A program made the translations under genes and the position numbers. From Myxococcales bacterium (lineage in GTDB: Bacteria; Myxococcota_A; Polyangia; Polyangiales; Polyangiaceae), in the NCBI GenBank assembly GCA_009692485.1, contig SHZB01000001.1, forward strand, positions 48,960 through 112,959: a stretch of 64,000 nt of DNA, read 5' to 3'. Numbering within the stretch: position 1 is the first letter of the stretch; every line of letters begins with the position of its first letter. Positions 8,421 through 18,960 of this stretch are shown here, one piece after another. The notes below the pieces were generated by a model, which ran no database searches, was not told the DNA's origin, and worked only from the letters and a program-made list of their open reading frames with translations.

Positions 8421-9446
8421 CGTCGCGTCGCGGTCGGGGTCGGGCTCGGCGAGCGCGGTCGCGATGAACAACACGAAGGCGATCCAGACGGCGTCGGCGA
8501 GCAAGAGGTGAACGAGCTGCATCCAGACTGGCGCGAGCATCATCATATTGAGGAAGCCGACGACGACCTGAGACACGACCGCGACCCGTAGCGTGACTCC
8601 GCGCCAGGCGACCCCGGGGGTAGGAACGCGGCTCGCGACGACATGGCGAATGAGCAGCAGCCCGAGCGCCGTGCCGATCGCCGCGAAGGGATGGATGTGG
8701 CGCATCCGGACCAACACGTGAGCCGTCGGCGAGAAATCTTCCGCGAGGGCCGCGCCGATGGTCTTGGGCGGAAATAGCGTATCTCCGAGCGCCGCGACGC
8801 CACCCGTCGCCGCCGTGAACAGAATGCCGAGCGTCCCCACGAGACCGAGGACGCTGACGACGACTCGGCCGGCAAAGCGCATCGGCCCGCGCGTCGTCGC
8901 ACAGTGCGCCGTGAGCGTCATGGCACCGACGAGCAGGAACGTGTTCACGAGGTGCACTCCCATCCAGAGCGCGCGACCCACGGACTTGTTCTCGGCGACG
9001 TACTCGAGCAGCACGATGCCGGCACCGAGGAGCACCTCGATCACCATCAGCGCCGCGCCTGCCGCTGCCCATCGTCCTGCGGGATGACCCGATGCAAATA
9101 CGCGCCGCGACCAAATAAACTGCACCAACACGGCCACCGCGGCGAGCCCGCTCGTCACGCGATGCGTGAACTCGATCATCGTCTTGAGGGCCGGAGCGCG
9201 TGGGATCACCTCGCCGTTGCACAGTGGCCAGTGACTGCCGCAGCCAGCGCCGGACCCGCTGGCGCGGACGAATGCGCCCCACAGAATGACGGCGAGCACG
9301 AACGCGAGCGCGAGCCATGAATAGCGCCGAAAGCGCGCAATTTCCGGCGTAGAAATGACAACGCCGTCATCCACCGCGGTCGGCGTTGAATTGTCAGCGC
9401 CGTCGTCCACCGCGGCCGGCGTTGAATTGTCAGCGTCGTCATTCAT
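8403..9446 (-). CDS. ctaA: heme A synthase (COX15/CtaA family)
   Basis: 347 aa, multi-pass membrane protein. Conserved His-containing helices HRVTSG, HLVNTF, HPFAAIG and HLLLAD. The N-terminus has 36-bp in-frame repeats. An alternative GTG start lies at 9374. Confidence 0.8.
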   Translation of the reverse strand: MNDDADNSTPAAVDDGADNSTPTAVDDGVVISTPEIARFRRYSWLALAFVLAVILWGAFVRASGSGAGCGSHWPLCNGEVIPRAPALKTMIEFTHRVTSGLAAVAVLVQFIWSRRVFASGHPAGRWAAAGAALMVIEVLLGAGIVLLEYVAENKSVGRALWMGVHLVNTFLLVGAMTLTAHCATTRGPMRFAGRVVVSVLGLVGTLGILFTAATGGVAALGDTLFPPKTIGAALAEDFSPTAHVLVRMRHIHPFAAIGTALGLLLIRHVVASRVPTPGVAWRGVTLRVAVVSQVVVGFLNMMMLAPVWMQLVHLLLADAVWIAFVLFIATALAEPDPDRDATEFSTS

Positions 9447-9518
9447 GGCGGGCGGGGGAGCGTTGCAGGCGGCTCATAGCGCAGGGCAGCGGAGCCTTCT
9501 AGCCTGTAGGCTTGCGCG

Positions 9519-10532
9519 ATGGTGCACGCTGAGCTGGCAGTGAGCGAACGGATCGTGTCGACCCACGACGGATGGGCGATCCATCTGCGGCGGACGGTCT
9601 CGCCAGCACACCTCGACCCTCGCGCGCGACCGCTCTTGATCGTGCCGGGCTACGGAATGAACAGCTTCATCTTCAGCTATCACCCGCGCAACACGAGCCT
9701 GGAGCGGTGGCTCGCCGAGGCCGGGTTCGAGGTGTGGGCGATGAACCTGCGCGCGCAAGGTGCATCGGTGCCGTGCAACGCCGCGCCCGGTCCGGTGACG
9801 CTCGCGAATTACGCCGGCATCGATCTGCCGCGCGCGATCGCGGGCGTGCGCGAAGGCACGACGCTGCGAGCGAAAGAGCTCACGCTGGTTGGATGCAGCC
9901 TCGGCGGCACCATCGTTTACGGCTACCTCGCGCTCCACGGTAGCGCCGGCATTGCCGACGTCGTCACGATGGGCGCGCCGCTCGTCTGGACCGAGGTGCA
10001 CCCGCTCTTGCGCGTCGCGTTCGCTTCGCCGAGGCTCGCAGGTGCGGTCGCGTTCACGGGGACGCGGGCCATGGTCGCGCGGGCATTTCCATTTTTGTCG
10101 CGCATGCCGTCGCTGCTCTCGCTCTACATGAACACGCGCACGATCGATCTCGAGCGCATCGACGAGCTCACGCGCACAGTGGAAGATCCGCACCCAGCCG
10201 TGAATCGAGACATCGCCCATTGGCTGAAACAGAAGGACCTCACCGTGCGCGGCGTGAACGTGACCCGGGCCCTCGCCGCCATCGATCTCCCGCTCCTCGT
10301 CGTCGTGTCCAACAAGGACGGCATCGTGCCCGAGTCGACGGCGACAAGCGTCGTCCGCGCGTGGGGCGGCGCCGACGTCGAGGTGCTGCGCGTCGGGACC
10401 GAAGACAACTGGTACGCGCACGCCAACCTCTTCATCGCCAACGACGCCCCGGCGCTCGTGTTCGAGCCGATGATCCGCTGGCTTTCGCGGGCAAGCGTGA
10501 CGGAATCCAACGTGACAAGGACCGGCGCCTGA
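9519..10532 (+). CDS. alpha/beta-fold hydrolase
   Basis: 337 aa with the nucleophile elbow GCSLGG. Typical alpha/beta hydrolase length. Confidence 0.7.
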   Translation: MVHAELAVSERIVSTHDGWAIHLRRTVSPAHLDPRARPLLIVPGYGMNSFIFSYHPRNTSLERWLAEAGFEVWAMNLRAQGASVPCNAAPGPVTLANYAGIDLPRAIAGVREGTTLRAKELTLVGCSLGGTIVYGYLALHGSAGIADVVTMGAPLVWTEVHPLLRVAFASPRLAGAVAFTGTRAMVARAFPFLSRMPSLLSLYMNTRTIDLERIDELTRTVEDPHPAVNRDIAHWLKQKDLTVRGVNVTRALAAIDLPLLVVVSNKDGIVPESTATSVVRAWGGADVEVLRVGTEDNWYAHANLFIANDAPALVFEPMIRWLSRASVTESNVTRTGA

Positions 10533-10547
10533 CCGACACTGCTCGGC

Positions 10548-11516
10548 ATGTTGAGCTCGCGCCTGAGCGCCTTGGCCGTCTGCGCGGTGCTCGGCCTTGC
10601 CGCTGGGCACGCGCGAGCCGGGAGCGGAACCGCCGCGGAGGACGCGGGAGCGCGCCTCGCCAACGAGGGCCTCGCGCACTTCGAGAAGGGCGAGTTCAAG
10701 GAGGCAGCGAATGCGTTCCGTCGAGCCGACGAACAACGCCATTCTCCCGTGATTTCCCTCTTTCGAGCGCGCTCGCTCGCGCAAGTGGGACAGCTGGTCG
10801 AGGCCCTGCATTTGTACGCCGTGACCGCGGCGGAGACGCCAACCCCCGACGCCTCCGACGCCGTTCGGCAGGCTGTCCTTGACGCGAAGAGCGAGCATGC
10901 GGCGCTGGTCGTGCGCGTTCCGCAAATCCGGCTCAAACTGGGCCCGCGCGTCGTGGACGTGACGATCGACGGCGTAGCGATCGCGGAGCCGAGCGCTACC
11001 GTGTTCCTCGACGCGGGCAAACACGAAGCCGCTGGAATGCAAGACGGCGCACGATTTTCGAAGCGCTTCGCGGCCGTGGTGGGTGAGCCCGCCGTGGTCG
11101 AGCTTGGAATTCCTGACGGCGCAGATGTGGCATCGACGAAGAACGCGGAAGCGGGGGGCTCGTGGCTCGGACCGGGCATCGTGCTCGGTCTCGGTGGCGC
11201 CACCGTGATTGCCAGCGTCGCGACGACGGTCGTGCTCGCGGGCAAGGCCAAGGACCTCGATGCGGCCTGCCCGGATACGCGCTGCCCGCAATCGGAGAGC
11301 GATGCGCTCGCCTCGGCCGCGACGCTGGGCGATGTCACGACCGCGCTGTGGATCATCGGCGGCGTGACGACAGCTGCCGGCCTCACATGGGGGCTCGTCC
11401 TTGGTTCCGGCAGTTCAGACTCGCACGCCTCGCCAGCCACCGACGAAGCGCCGGCTGCGTGGAGGCCCTCAATTCAAGTCGGCCTCGGCGGCGTGAAACT
11501 GAGCGCGAGATTCTAG
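10548..11516 (+). CDS. hypothetical secreted/membrane protein (TPR-like N-terminal region, C-terminal TM segments)
   Basis: Signal peptide MLSSRLSALAVCAVLGLAAGHARA. Two hydrophobic stretches near the C-terminus. No catalytic motif recognised. Confidence 0.55.
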   Translation: MLSSRLSALAVCAVLGLAAGHARAGSGTAAEDAGARLANEGLAHFEKGEFKEAANAFRRADEQRHSPVISLFRARSLAQVGQLVEALHLYAVTAAETPTPDASDAVRQAVLDAKSEHAALVVRVPQIRLKLGPRVVDVTIDGVAIAEPSATVFLDAGKHEAAGMQDGARFSKRFAAVVGEPAVVELGIPDGADVASTKNAEAGGSWLGPGIVLGLGGATVIASVATTVVLAGKAKDLDAACPDTRCPQSESDALASAATLGDVTTALWIIGGVTTAAGLTWGLVLGSGSSDSHASPATDEAPAAWRPSIQVGLGGVKLSARF

Positions 11517-11547
11517 GCGACTTCGCAGAGTGGCGCGGGCGGCAGGC

Positions 11548-13053
11548 TCAATACCACCTTGGCTTTTTCTTCGGCGATGCCTTGTCGCCGCCAGGGGAAG
11601 GCTTGGTGCCGGTTGCCTTCGACGCGCCACGCGTGCCCGCGCCGCCTGTCAATGTCGCCGGGCGATCTGGAGTTGCTGCCCGTGGCGCGACGGTCGCGAC
11701 GTCGCTGGGCACGGACCCAGTAGGCTCCGCACTCGGCACGGAAGCGGTGAATTCTGCCGGAACAGCGGCATTTCCCGGCTCGTTCGCGGATGCGGGAGGC
11801 TCGGCCATTGCCGCGGTCGTTGCGGCTTTGGACGTGTCCGGAGAGCTCGTCGGATAGGCCCAGAACGCACCGATGCCCAGCGTCGCGATGGTTGCGGCGA
11901 GAGCCAGATTTCGCAATCGCGATCGGCTCGACGGTCGGTTGTCGATCGGCGTTTGGGTGCCGGAGATCGTCGACGAAGTTGCAGCCTGGTTGAGCCTGTC
12001 GCCGCCCGGATCGGCCATCGTGTTCAGCTTGCCGATGGCCACGGACTGTGCCGGCGCCGAGCTCGAATTGCGTGCTTGTGGTGTGCTGGAAGATACGCGT
12101 GGGTCACCGATGTCGCCGGGCGTCGATTCTCGCGGCGTCGCCCAATTCACCATGCCGGGGCCGGTCCAATCTCCAAGACCCAAACCGGGCGAGGAGAGTC
12201 GCGCGGCGGCGAGGAAGGTGCCCGCGAACTGCTCGGCGGTTTGGAAGCGGTCGTCGGCGTTGCGTCCGAACGCGCGCATGAAAAAATCGTCGAGCGCTGG
12301 AGGAGCGCCGGGGAGATGTGTGCTCAGCCGCGGGAGCGCATCGCTGCAGATCTTGAGGACGAGGTCGCCCACCGTCGCGCCGCTGAAGGGGCTGACGCCG
12401 GAGAGCATTCGGAACGCGATCACGCCCGTCGCCCACAGGTCGGCGCGATGATCTACCTGACCAGCACCCCGAACCTGCTCCGGGCTCATGTACTGCGGCG
12501 TTCCGAGCAGCGTGCCCTCCGCCGTCACCTCGGACGAAAGCTCCGCGGGATCGTGTGAGTTCTTCACGATGCCAAAGTCGAGCAACTTAGCGACCTCGCC
12601 GTCGTCGCGGCGGACGAGGAAGACGTTGCCCAATTTCAAGTCGCGGTGCACGAGCCCGGCGTTGTGCGCGGCCTTCAGTCCTCGGCACATTTGCTCGAGG
12701 ATGACGGCGGTCTCGCGCAGCTCGAAGCGCTTGAGTCGCGCGAGTCGTTGATCGAGGCCCTCTCCCTCGAGCAGCTCCATCACCATGAATGGGGCGCCTT
12801 CATCGACGCCGTAGTCGTAAATTTCGACGATGTACGCGCTTCGTAGCTTCGCGGCCGCTTGTGCTTCGCGCTTGAATCGGCGCACGGCCGCGGGGCTAGC
12901 GGCGAGCGCCTCCGCGATGAGTTTCACCGCGACGAGGCGGTTGAGCTTCTGATCGCGCGCGACGCACACGCGGCCCATGCCACCGTGCCCAATCTCGCGC
13001 TCGATCCTATATCGAGCCGCGATGACGCGCGGCGTGTTGGGCTGGAGCGCCAT
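11548..13053 (-). CDS. serine/threonine protein kinase (Hanks type) with Pro/Ser/Ala-rich C-terminal region
   Basis: GHGGMGRVCVARD..VAVK, HRDLKLGNVFL, DFGI and GTPQYMSPE. Start set at ATG 13053 (MALQPNTPRVIAARYRIERE). Confidence 0.9.
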   Translation of the reverse strand: MALQPNTPRVIAARYRIEREIGHGGMGRVCVARDQKLNRLVAVKLIAEALAASPAAVRRFKREAQAAAKLRSAYIVEIYDYGVDEGAPFMVMELLEGEGLDQRLARLKRFELRETAVILEQMCRGLKAAHNAGLVHRDLKLGNVFLVRRDDGEVAKLLDFGIVKNSHDPAELSSEVTAEGTLLGTPQYMSPEQVRGAGQVDHRADLWATGVIAFRMLSGVSPFSGATVGDLVLKICSDALPRLSTHLPGAPPALDDFFMRAFGRNADDRFQTAEQFAGTFLAAARLSSPGLGLGDWTGPGMVNWATPRESTPGDIGDPRVSSSTPQARNSSSAPAQSVAIGKLNTMADPGGDRLNQAATSSTISGTQTPIDNRPSSRSRLRNLALAATIATLGIGAFWAYPTSSPDTSKAATTAAMAEPPASANEPGNAAVPAEFTASVPSAEPTGSVPSDVATVAPRAATPDRPATLTGGAGTRGASKATGTKPSPGGDKASPKKKPRWY

Positions 13054-13237
13054 CCGGAGAGTAGGGCTGGGCTTCCAGGTGGGCACTGCGAGCGATGCTA
13101 CGCAGATCGCCAAGCACACTCAACCGCACACTCCACCGCGCCGGCTCAACACTCTTCTCTTGCTGGCTCGGCACTGTTACCGACTCAACGATGTCGCGCC
13201 GGCTCAATGAACCGTACTCGTCAGGCGCGTTAGGGGC

Positions 13238-14014
13238 TTGCCGGGCGCCGCATTGTTGATGATCCTGGCTGCCATGGCGGGACGGACCTTCGCGACTGGG
13301 GACATTCACGGCGATCTCGACGCACTGCTGCGTGTCGAGGCCCTGCTGCCGCCGCTCGACTCGGGCGACACGCTCGTGTTCGTCGGGGACTACGTGGACC
13401 GGGGTCCGCACTCGGCGCAAGTCGTCGCGCACATTCGCAGCCTTTCGCGGCGCACCCCGGCGAAGGTCGTCGCGCTGCGCGGCAATCACGAGGATGCGTG
13501 GCTCTGCGCGATCGACGAGGGCTGGCCCGACTTCGTGATGCCGCCATCGCATGGCTGCATCGAGGCGATGGAGTCCTACCTCGGCAGGGTCGCCGAGCCG
13601 TACGTCGAGCCGTGGTTGACCATGCTCCTGCGGGGCAGGTTTTTTCCGTTGGATGTCGTGACGTGGTTCCGCTCCCTGCCCTTTCATTACGAGGACGAGC
13701 ACGCGATCTACGTCCACGCGGGGCTCATGTCCGACGGCGATGGCGGCTTCCTGCACCCGACAAAGACGAAAAAGAAGCAGGCCCTTTTGTGGTTGCGCGA
13801 TCAACGGTTTTTTCGGAATTACCGCGGAAAACGCGTCGTATTTGGCCACACCGTGACCGAGACGCTGCCCGCCGACCTCTCGTCGCACACGCCGGAAGAT
13901 CCCAGCGACATGTGGGCCGGACCATGCACCATCGGGCTCGATACCGGAGCGGGCAAGGCTGGGTTCTTGACCACGATCGAGCTACCGAGCCTGCGCGTCT
14001 ACGAATCTCGCTGA
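13238..14014 (+). CDS. metallophosphoesterase / PPP-family Ser/Thr phosphatase
   Basis: GDIHGD, GDYVDRG and GNHE motifs. 258 aa. Confidence 0.8.
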   Translation: MPGAALLMILAAMAGRTFATGDIHGDLDALLRVEALLPPLDSGDTLVFVGDYVDRGPHSAQVVAHIRSLSRRTPAKVVALRGNHEDAWLCAIDEGWPDFVMPPSHGCIEAMESYLGRVAEPYVEPWLTMLLRGRFFPLDVVTWFRSLPFHYEDEHAIYVHAGLMSDGDGGFLHPTKTKKKQALLWLRDQRFFRNYRGKRVVFGHTVTETLPADLSSHTPEDPSDMWAGPCTIGLDTGAGKAGFLTTIELPSLRVYESR

Positions 14015-14119
14015 TGTTCGTCGCGCGCGGTCCTGCGGCTTCACGGCGGCTGGCTCGCGGCATTCCGAGTTCGTGCCGGTCGCGGGCGAATCGAGCGGTG
14101 ACCCGTGAGCCGTGATGCC

Positions 14120-14860
14120 TCAGCCCGCTTGTTTGGCGACGGCCTCGGCCGCCTCGCGCGCGGAATTTTCGTCGCCGAGGTAGCGACTCTCGATGGGGAC
14201 GAGGTGCTCGTTCAGGCGGTAGACGCGCGGGATCCCCGTCGGAATATTCAGCGCCGGAATCGTTTCCTCCGAGACGCCGTCGAGGTGTTTCACGAGGGCG
14301 CGCAGACTGTTTCCGTGCGCTGCGACCAAGACGACGCCGCCCGCGAAGAGCTCCGGGACGATCGCATCGTACCAATAGGGCAGCATGCGAACGACGACGT
14401 CCGCGAGGCACTCGGAAGCTGGAACCGCGTCGGGTGCGAGTCCCGCGTAGCGAGCGTCGTGGCTGGGGTGCCGCTCATCGTGAGCCTCGAGCGCCGGTGG
14501 TCGTACGTCGTAACTTCGCCGCCACACGAAGACCTGCTCTTTGCCGTGCAGCTCGGCCGTCTGCTTCTTGTCGAGCCCCTGAAGCGCGCCGTAATGCCGC
14601 TCGTTCAGACGCCAGCTGCGACGCACCGGAAGCCACTCGAGGCCCATCTCTTCAAGCGCAAGATTGGCCGTCGTCACCGCGCGCTTGAGCAGCGACGTGT
14701 GTACGACGGTGGGGCGAATTCCGGCGTTTGCCATCATTCGACCTGCCTCGCGCGCCTCATCGCGGCCCTTGCTCGAGAGCGGCACATCGGTCCATCCGGT
14801 GAAGAGGTTCAGCGCGTTCCACTCGCTCTCGCCGTGCCGAAGAAGGATCAACGTGCTCAT
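14120..14860 (-). CDS. gpmA: 2,3-bisphosphoglycerate-dependent phosphoglycerate mutase
   Basis: [26 protein letters not shown] and [11 protein letters not shown]. 246 aa. Confidence 0.92.
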   Translation of the reverse strand: MSTLILLRHGESEWNALNLFTGWTDVPLSSKGRDEAREAGRMMANAGIRPTVVHTSLLKRAVTTANLALEEMGLEWLPVRRSWRLNERHYGALQGLDKKQTAELHGKEQVFVWRRSYDVRPPALEAHDERHPSHDARYAGLAPDAVPASECLADVVVRMLPYWYDAIVPELFAGGVVLVAAHGNSLRALVKHLDGVSEETIPALNIPTGIPRVYRLNEHLVPIESRYLGDENSAREAAEAVAKQAG

Positions 14861-14890
14861 CGCGGCTTGAGAGCATGCTAGCGGTGCCTC

Positions 14891-15889
14891 GTGATCTCAA
14901 CCGCCTTCGTCTCGGCGCTGGCTCACGTTGCGGCACGGGCCCTGGTCGTGTTCGCAGCGTGCGGCGTGGCGGTGGGCTGCGGTCGCGAGCGCGATACGGC
15001 TGCAGTGCCGAGCGCGCAAAACACCGCGACCGCGCCGGCGCATGGATGGACCCATGGCGGCGTGCCGATCGCGACTCCGACGCTGCTCGCCATCGGAGCC
15101 GCGGGCGAGTCCACGTTGCGCGTCACCATGTCGAGCGGAGCGGCGGATTGCGCGAAGCTCCGCGCGACGTTTCCACACCACGAGGCTCTGAGCGGGGCGA
15201 CGGTCGTCGACTTCTGGCTGGTCGAGCCGATGCTTCCGGACGGGCGTCGCGGGCCTTACGAATTTCACAGCGCGCGCCGCATCGACGGCACTCCCGATGC
15301 AACACCGGGACGTGGTCTCGTGGCGCGAGCGGCGCTGCTCGACGAGCTGCGGCTCGAAGCGGATATTGTCGAGGTTGTCGGCCTCGAGCTCGCGCTGCAA
15401 GACCGTAGCGACCCTGAGCGGCTCATCGCACACTCGGGTGATCTGCGCGCGCAGAACTGCGGACGTGTGCCGCCGCGCCCGACCGCGACCGCGAAGCGCG
15501 AGGCCACGCTATCGCTCACCATTGCGGCAAAACGCTTCGGCGTAGAAGGCGCCACGCTCCGCAACAATCGCGGGCAAACTTACCTCCGGCTCTCGCGCGC
15601 GCCGCATCGCTGCGAGAGCGCGATGACCGAGGGCTACGACGTCTATCTCGACCTCGCGCTCGCTGGCGACCCGCCGGCTGTCACCCTGGCGACGCTGCTC
15701 GGCGACGCGATGCCGGGCGCGGCGGCCGGAGCGAAGGGCCGCGAGTCGTTCGTGATTCGCACGGTCGGAAAGCTCGCGGACGCGGGCCCGATCTCGTTCG
15801 TGTTCGATGGCAAGCTCGAGGTCGGCGGCTTCCCGATCGCGCTCGCGGGTGAGGTCGCTCCCGAGCGCTGCGTGTCGGCTTCGCCATGA
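14891..15889 (+). CDS. hypothetical lipoprotein
   Basis: GTG start. N-terminus ...[17 protein letters not shown] (lipobox-like). Coding-like composition. No recognised domain. Confidence 0.5.
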   Translation: MISTAFVSALAHVAARALVVFAACGVAVGCGRERDTAAVPSAQNTATAPAHGWTHGGVPIATPTLLAIGAAGESTLRVTMSSGAADCAKLRATFPHHEALSGATVVDFWLVEPMLPDGRRGPYEFHSARRIDGTPDATPGRGLVARAALLDELRLEADIVEVVGLELALQDRSDPERLIAHSGDLRAQNCGRVPPRPTATAKREATLSLTIAAKRFGVEGATLRNNRGQTYLRLSRAPHRCESAMTEGYDVYLDLALAGDPPAVTLATLLGDAMPGAAAGAKGRESFVIRTVGKLADAGPISFVFDGKLEVGGFPIALAGEVAPERCVSASP

Positions 15890-16045
15890 CCGCGCCGGTG
15901 CTTCGCGGGGACCTGCTTCGCACTCGACTGTGCAGCACCTGCTTCGCCGAGACCTGCTTCGCCGAGACCTGCTTCGCACTCGACTGCAGCACCTGCATCG
16001 CCGAGACCGCGCGCAGTGGGCCGATTGCGCCTAAGCTTCGAACGC

Positions 16046-16732
16046 ATGTGGCCATTCACGTCGACGACGCCTCGCATGCCGTCCGTGGCCGAGACGCTGA
16101 AAGGACGGACCGACGAGCTGCCGAGGCCCGAGCGGCACTTCGTCTTGGACGCGCCCCTCGCGTGCGTGAGCCGAGCGGCCGGCGAAGATCCATTCCAAGG
16201 GCTCGAGCGCGCGATGTTGGGGATCGGCTGTTTCTGGGGGGCGGAGCGAAAATTCTGGCAGCTTCCAGGCGTCGTCTCGACAGCGGTTGGTTACGCGGGC
16301 GGCTTCACCGAGAATCCGACCTACGAAGAAGTGTGTACGGGGCGGACCGGTCATAACGAGGTCGTTCTCATCGTCTTCGATCCCTCAGCGGTCGCCTACG
16401 TTGCGCTCCTCAAGGCGTTCTGGGAGTCGCATGACCCGACTCAGGGCATGCGCCAAGGCAACGACGTCGGAACCCAATATCGCTCGGGCCTCTACGTCTT
16501 CTCCGACGAGCAACGAGAGCTCGCGCTGCGGTCACTGGATGGGTACGCCGCAGCGCTCGACGCTGGCGGTTTTGGGATCATCACGACGGAGATCGTCCAA
16601 TCGCCAACGTTGTATTACGCCGAGGAGTACCACCAACAATACCTCGCGAAAAATCCCGGTGGCTACTGCGGCCTCGCGGGCACGGGCGTTCTGTGTCCAA
16701 GTGGACTTGCGGTCCTTGTGCCATCACCGTGA
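16046..16732 (+). CDS. msrA: peptide-methionine (S)-S-oxide reductase
   Basis: [28 protein letters not shown]. The N-terminal leader aligns by eye with E. coli MsrA (..[12 protein letters not shown]..). ATG 16046 chosen. Alternatives are 16016 (GTG) and 16076. Confidence 0.9.
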   Translation: MWPFTSTTPRMPSVAETLKGRTDELPRPERHFVLDAPLACVSRAAGEDPFQGLERAMLGIGCFWGAERKFWQLPGVVSTAVGYAGGFTENPTYEEVCTGRTGHNEVVLIVFDPSAVAYVALLKAFWESHDPTQGMRQGNDVGTQYRSGLYVFSDEQRELALRSLDGYAAALDAGGFGIITTEIVQSPTLYYAEEYHQQYLAKNPGGYCGLAGTGVLCPSGLAVLVPSP

Positions 16733-16793
16733 CGCGGCGGGGGCTAGCGCGCAGGGCTTGAGCAAACCGGATCGCGCTCGTAACAGCCGGCGC

Positions 16794-17645
16794 ATGGCCT
16801 TCGCGCTGGGCTTGACGCTGCTCTACATGATCGTGGAGATCGTCGGCGGCATCGCCTCGGGATCGCTCGCATTGCTCGCCGATGCTGGGCACATGCTCGC
16901 GGATGCGGGCGCGCTCGCCCTCGCGCTCTTTGCGATGTGGATCGCCCGCCGCCCCGCGACCGCACAGCGCACCTACGGGTACCTGCGCACCGAGATCCTC
17001 GCGGCGCTCGCCAACGGTGCAGCTCTCGCCGTGATCGCCGTCTCCATTTTCATCGAGGCCATCCAGCGCTTCGCCACTCCGACCGCGATCGCGGGGCCGA
17101 TGATGCTCGGCGTGGCGGCGGGCGGTCTCGTGATGAACGTCATCGCGCTCGCCATTCTCGGGCAAGGCCGCCACGAGAGCCTCAACGTGCACGGCGCATG
17201 GCTTCACGTCGTGAGCGACGCGCTCGGCAGCGTGGGCGCAATCATTTCGGGCGCGCTCGTGTGGGGATTTGGGTTCACGTGGGCCGATTCGCTCGCTTCC
17301 GTCGTCATCGCTGCCCTGGTCATTCGTTCGGCGTGGGGGCTCTTGAAAGAGGCTGTCGCAGTGCTCATGGAGAACGCGCCGGGACACCTCGACGTCGACG
17401 AGGTGCGGAAGGCGTTGGCCGCGTACCCGGAGGTCTCGGGCGTTCACGACCTTCACGTGTGGACGATCACGAGCGGGCTCGTTTGCCTGTCCGCGCACGT
17501 CGTGACGGGCTCGTCCGCCGAGACACAATCCGGCCTGCTCGCCGGGCTCACGCGGCTCTTGCGTGACCGCTTTCACATCGCCCACGTCACGCTTCAGGTC
17601 GAGCACGCGAATTTCTCCGCGGACGACTGCTCGCATTGCGAGTGA
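16794..17645 (+). CDS. cation diffusion facilitator family transporter (CzcD/ZitB-like)
   Basis: LTLLYMIVEIVGGIASGSLALLADAGHMLADAG (HxxxD), six TM segments and a C-terminal cytoplasmic domain. It is the 3' part of the long track ORF 16287-17645. A possible upstream TTG lies at 16758. Confidence 0.85.
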   Translation: MAFALGLTLLYMIVEIVGGIASGSLALLADAGHMLADAGALALALFAMWIARRPATAQRTYGYLRTEILAALANGAALAVIAVSIFIEAIQRFATPTAIAGPMMLGVAAGGLVMNVIALAILGQGRHESLNVHGAWLHVVSDALGSVGAIISGALVWGFGFTWADSLASVVIAALVIRSAWGLLKEAVAVLMENAPGHLDVDEVRKALAAYPEVSGVHDLHVWTITSGLVCLSAHVVTGSSAETQSGLLAGLTRLLRDRFHIAHVTLQVEHANFSADDCSHCE

Positions 17646-17648
17646 GTG

Positions 17649-18857
17649 TCAGGGGCAGGGGTCCGTCGGAACGCCGAGTGGGTTCGCGACGGCGCCGAAC
17701 TCGACTTCGAGAACGGTGAATCCGATGCCGATACTGATGGCGTTGCAGGTCTTGGTTGGATCTTGCGTGCCGCCGTCGAGGACGTCCGAGGTCGCGCGTA
17801 TGGAGTCGCCGAGCGGCGCCAAGAGCGTGCAGTAGTTTGGATCGATCGCCCCAGCGGCGTCGCGAACCGCCTCGACGAGCTCTTCGGTTTTTACGTAGCC
17901 ACCGAGCTGACCGAAGGCGCCGCCTTGGTGGCTCAGGTTGAGCTGGAGCGACATGCGCGCGTCGTAGACGGTGAGGGGCAGCGATTGGCCGAGGATGTTG
18001 AGCGGCAACGTGACGGTCGTCTTGCCATTCGACTGCCACACGTTCTTCACGAGGGTCGCGTCCGGAAACACGGTCTTGGCAGTCCCCGGATCTTTTGGAT
18101 CGAGGAGGTCTTCATGGGTCACGGGCCAGCAATCTTTGCCGCCCCACACGGGCGCCATGCCGAGCGGCGCGCCCCCGTAGATCTTGGTCACGACCGGCGC
18201 CTTGTCCGCCTCGGCGCCGAGTCCGTCGAAGCGCAGCATCATCGTGAAAGCGCCCGACTGGATGGACTCGTTCGCTTGCGTGTCGAGGCTCGGGATGAGC
18301 GACTCGAGCAGCGGCCGGACGTTGCGACCGAAAGAATTATCGCGTCCGAGGGTGCCGTCGGTGAACGCAGCGGTCGAGCCCCCGGGATGCGGAAGGCAGT
18401 GCGCCGAGTAGTCGCTCGTCGTCACGAGGCCGTCGATGTCGAAGCCGAAATCGGCCCACGCCGATGCGCTCTTCACACCTTGAAAACTGCGCTCACCAAG
18501 GTAGAGCCCGTCGATCGCGACGACGACGGCATCGACCGGCGCGCAAGTCGAGGCCGCCCCACCGCCTGCGCCGCCCGCACCGCCCGCACCGCCCGCGCCC
18601 CCGCTTCCGCTGGCGACGACACTCGTACCGCCGTTGCCGCCCGCGCCGCCGGCACCACCTGAGCCGCCCACGCCGCTGCTGCTTGGTGCGCCCGTGCTCG
18701 CGCTATCGGCTCCGCTTGTCGCACCGCACGCTGCACACGCGACGGCGGACACCAAGAGGGCGAGCCTATATCGTTCGGACGAGTGCTGACGTTGCGCGCG
18801 CTGCCGGCGTGTGGCGGTCTCGTGTGCTTTCACACCGCTGACCGTACCGCGCTGCAT
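17649..18857 (-). CDS. hypothetical lipoprotein with Gly/Ala/Ser linker
   Basis: Start set at ATG 18857 (MQRGTV...). Lipobox LLVSAVACAACG. The track N-terminal extension lies in the 40-bp repeat array. Confidence 0.55.
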   Translation of the reverse strand: MQRGTVSGVKAHETATRRQRAQRQHSSERYRLALLVSAVACAACGATSGADSASTGAPSSSGVGGSGGAGGAGGNGGTSVVASGSGGAGGAGGAGGAGGGAASTCAPVDAVVVAIDGLYLGERSFQGVKSASAWADFGFDIDGLVTTSDYSAHCLPHPGGSTAAFTDGTLGRDNSFGRNVRPLLESLIPSLDTQANESIQSGAFTMMLRFDGLGAEADKAPVVTKIYGGAPLGMAPVWGGKDCWPVTHEDLLDPKDPGTAKTVFPDATLVKNVWQSNGKTTVTLPLNILGQSLPLTVYDARMSLQLNLSHQGGAFGQLGGYVKTEELVEAVRDAAGAIDPNYCTLLAPLGDSIRATSDVLDGGTQDPTKTCNAISIGIGFTVLEVEFGAVANPLGVPTDPCP

Positions 18858-18960
18858 CCGTAGCTTGCCAAGCAAAAAACTTTTCGTGGCGCGTACGTAC
18901 TCACAAAACGAAAAACGCGGTCGGGTGCCGAAGCAACCCGTACCGCGCATCGAGTCATTC

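Noticed and set aside
9474-11291. 605-aa and 438-aa (10124-11440) minus-strand ORFs
   Set aside because: They are antisense to the alpha/beta hydrolase and the following secreted protein. The composition is Arg/His-rich and shadow-like.
15886-16356. 156-aa ORF coupled by ATGA to the upstream lipoprotein gene
   Set aside because: Beyond the repeat region it overlaps msrA out of frame with Arg-rich composition. It is kept only as a possible short leader observation in the findings and is not called as a gene.
16287-17645. 452-aa track ORF
   Set aside because: Its first ~170 codons overlap msrA out of frame and look non-coding. Only the CDF transporter part from 16794 was called.
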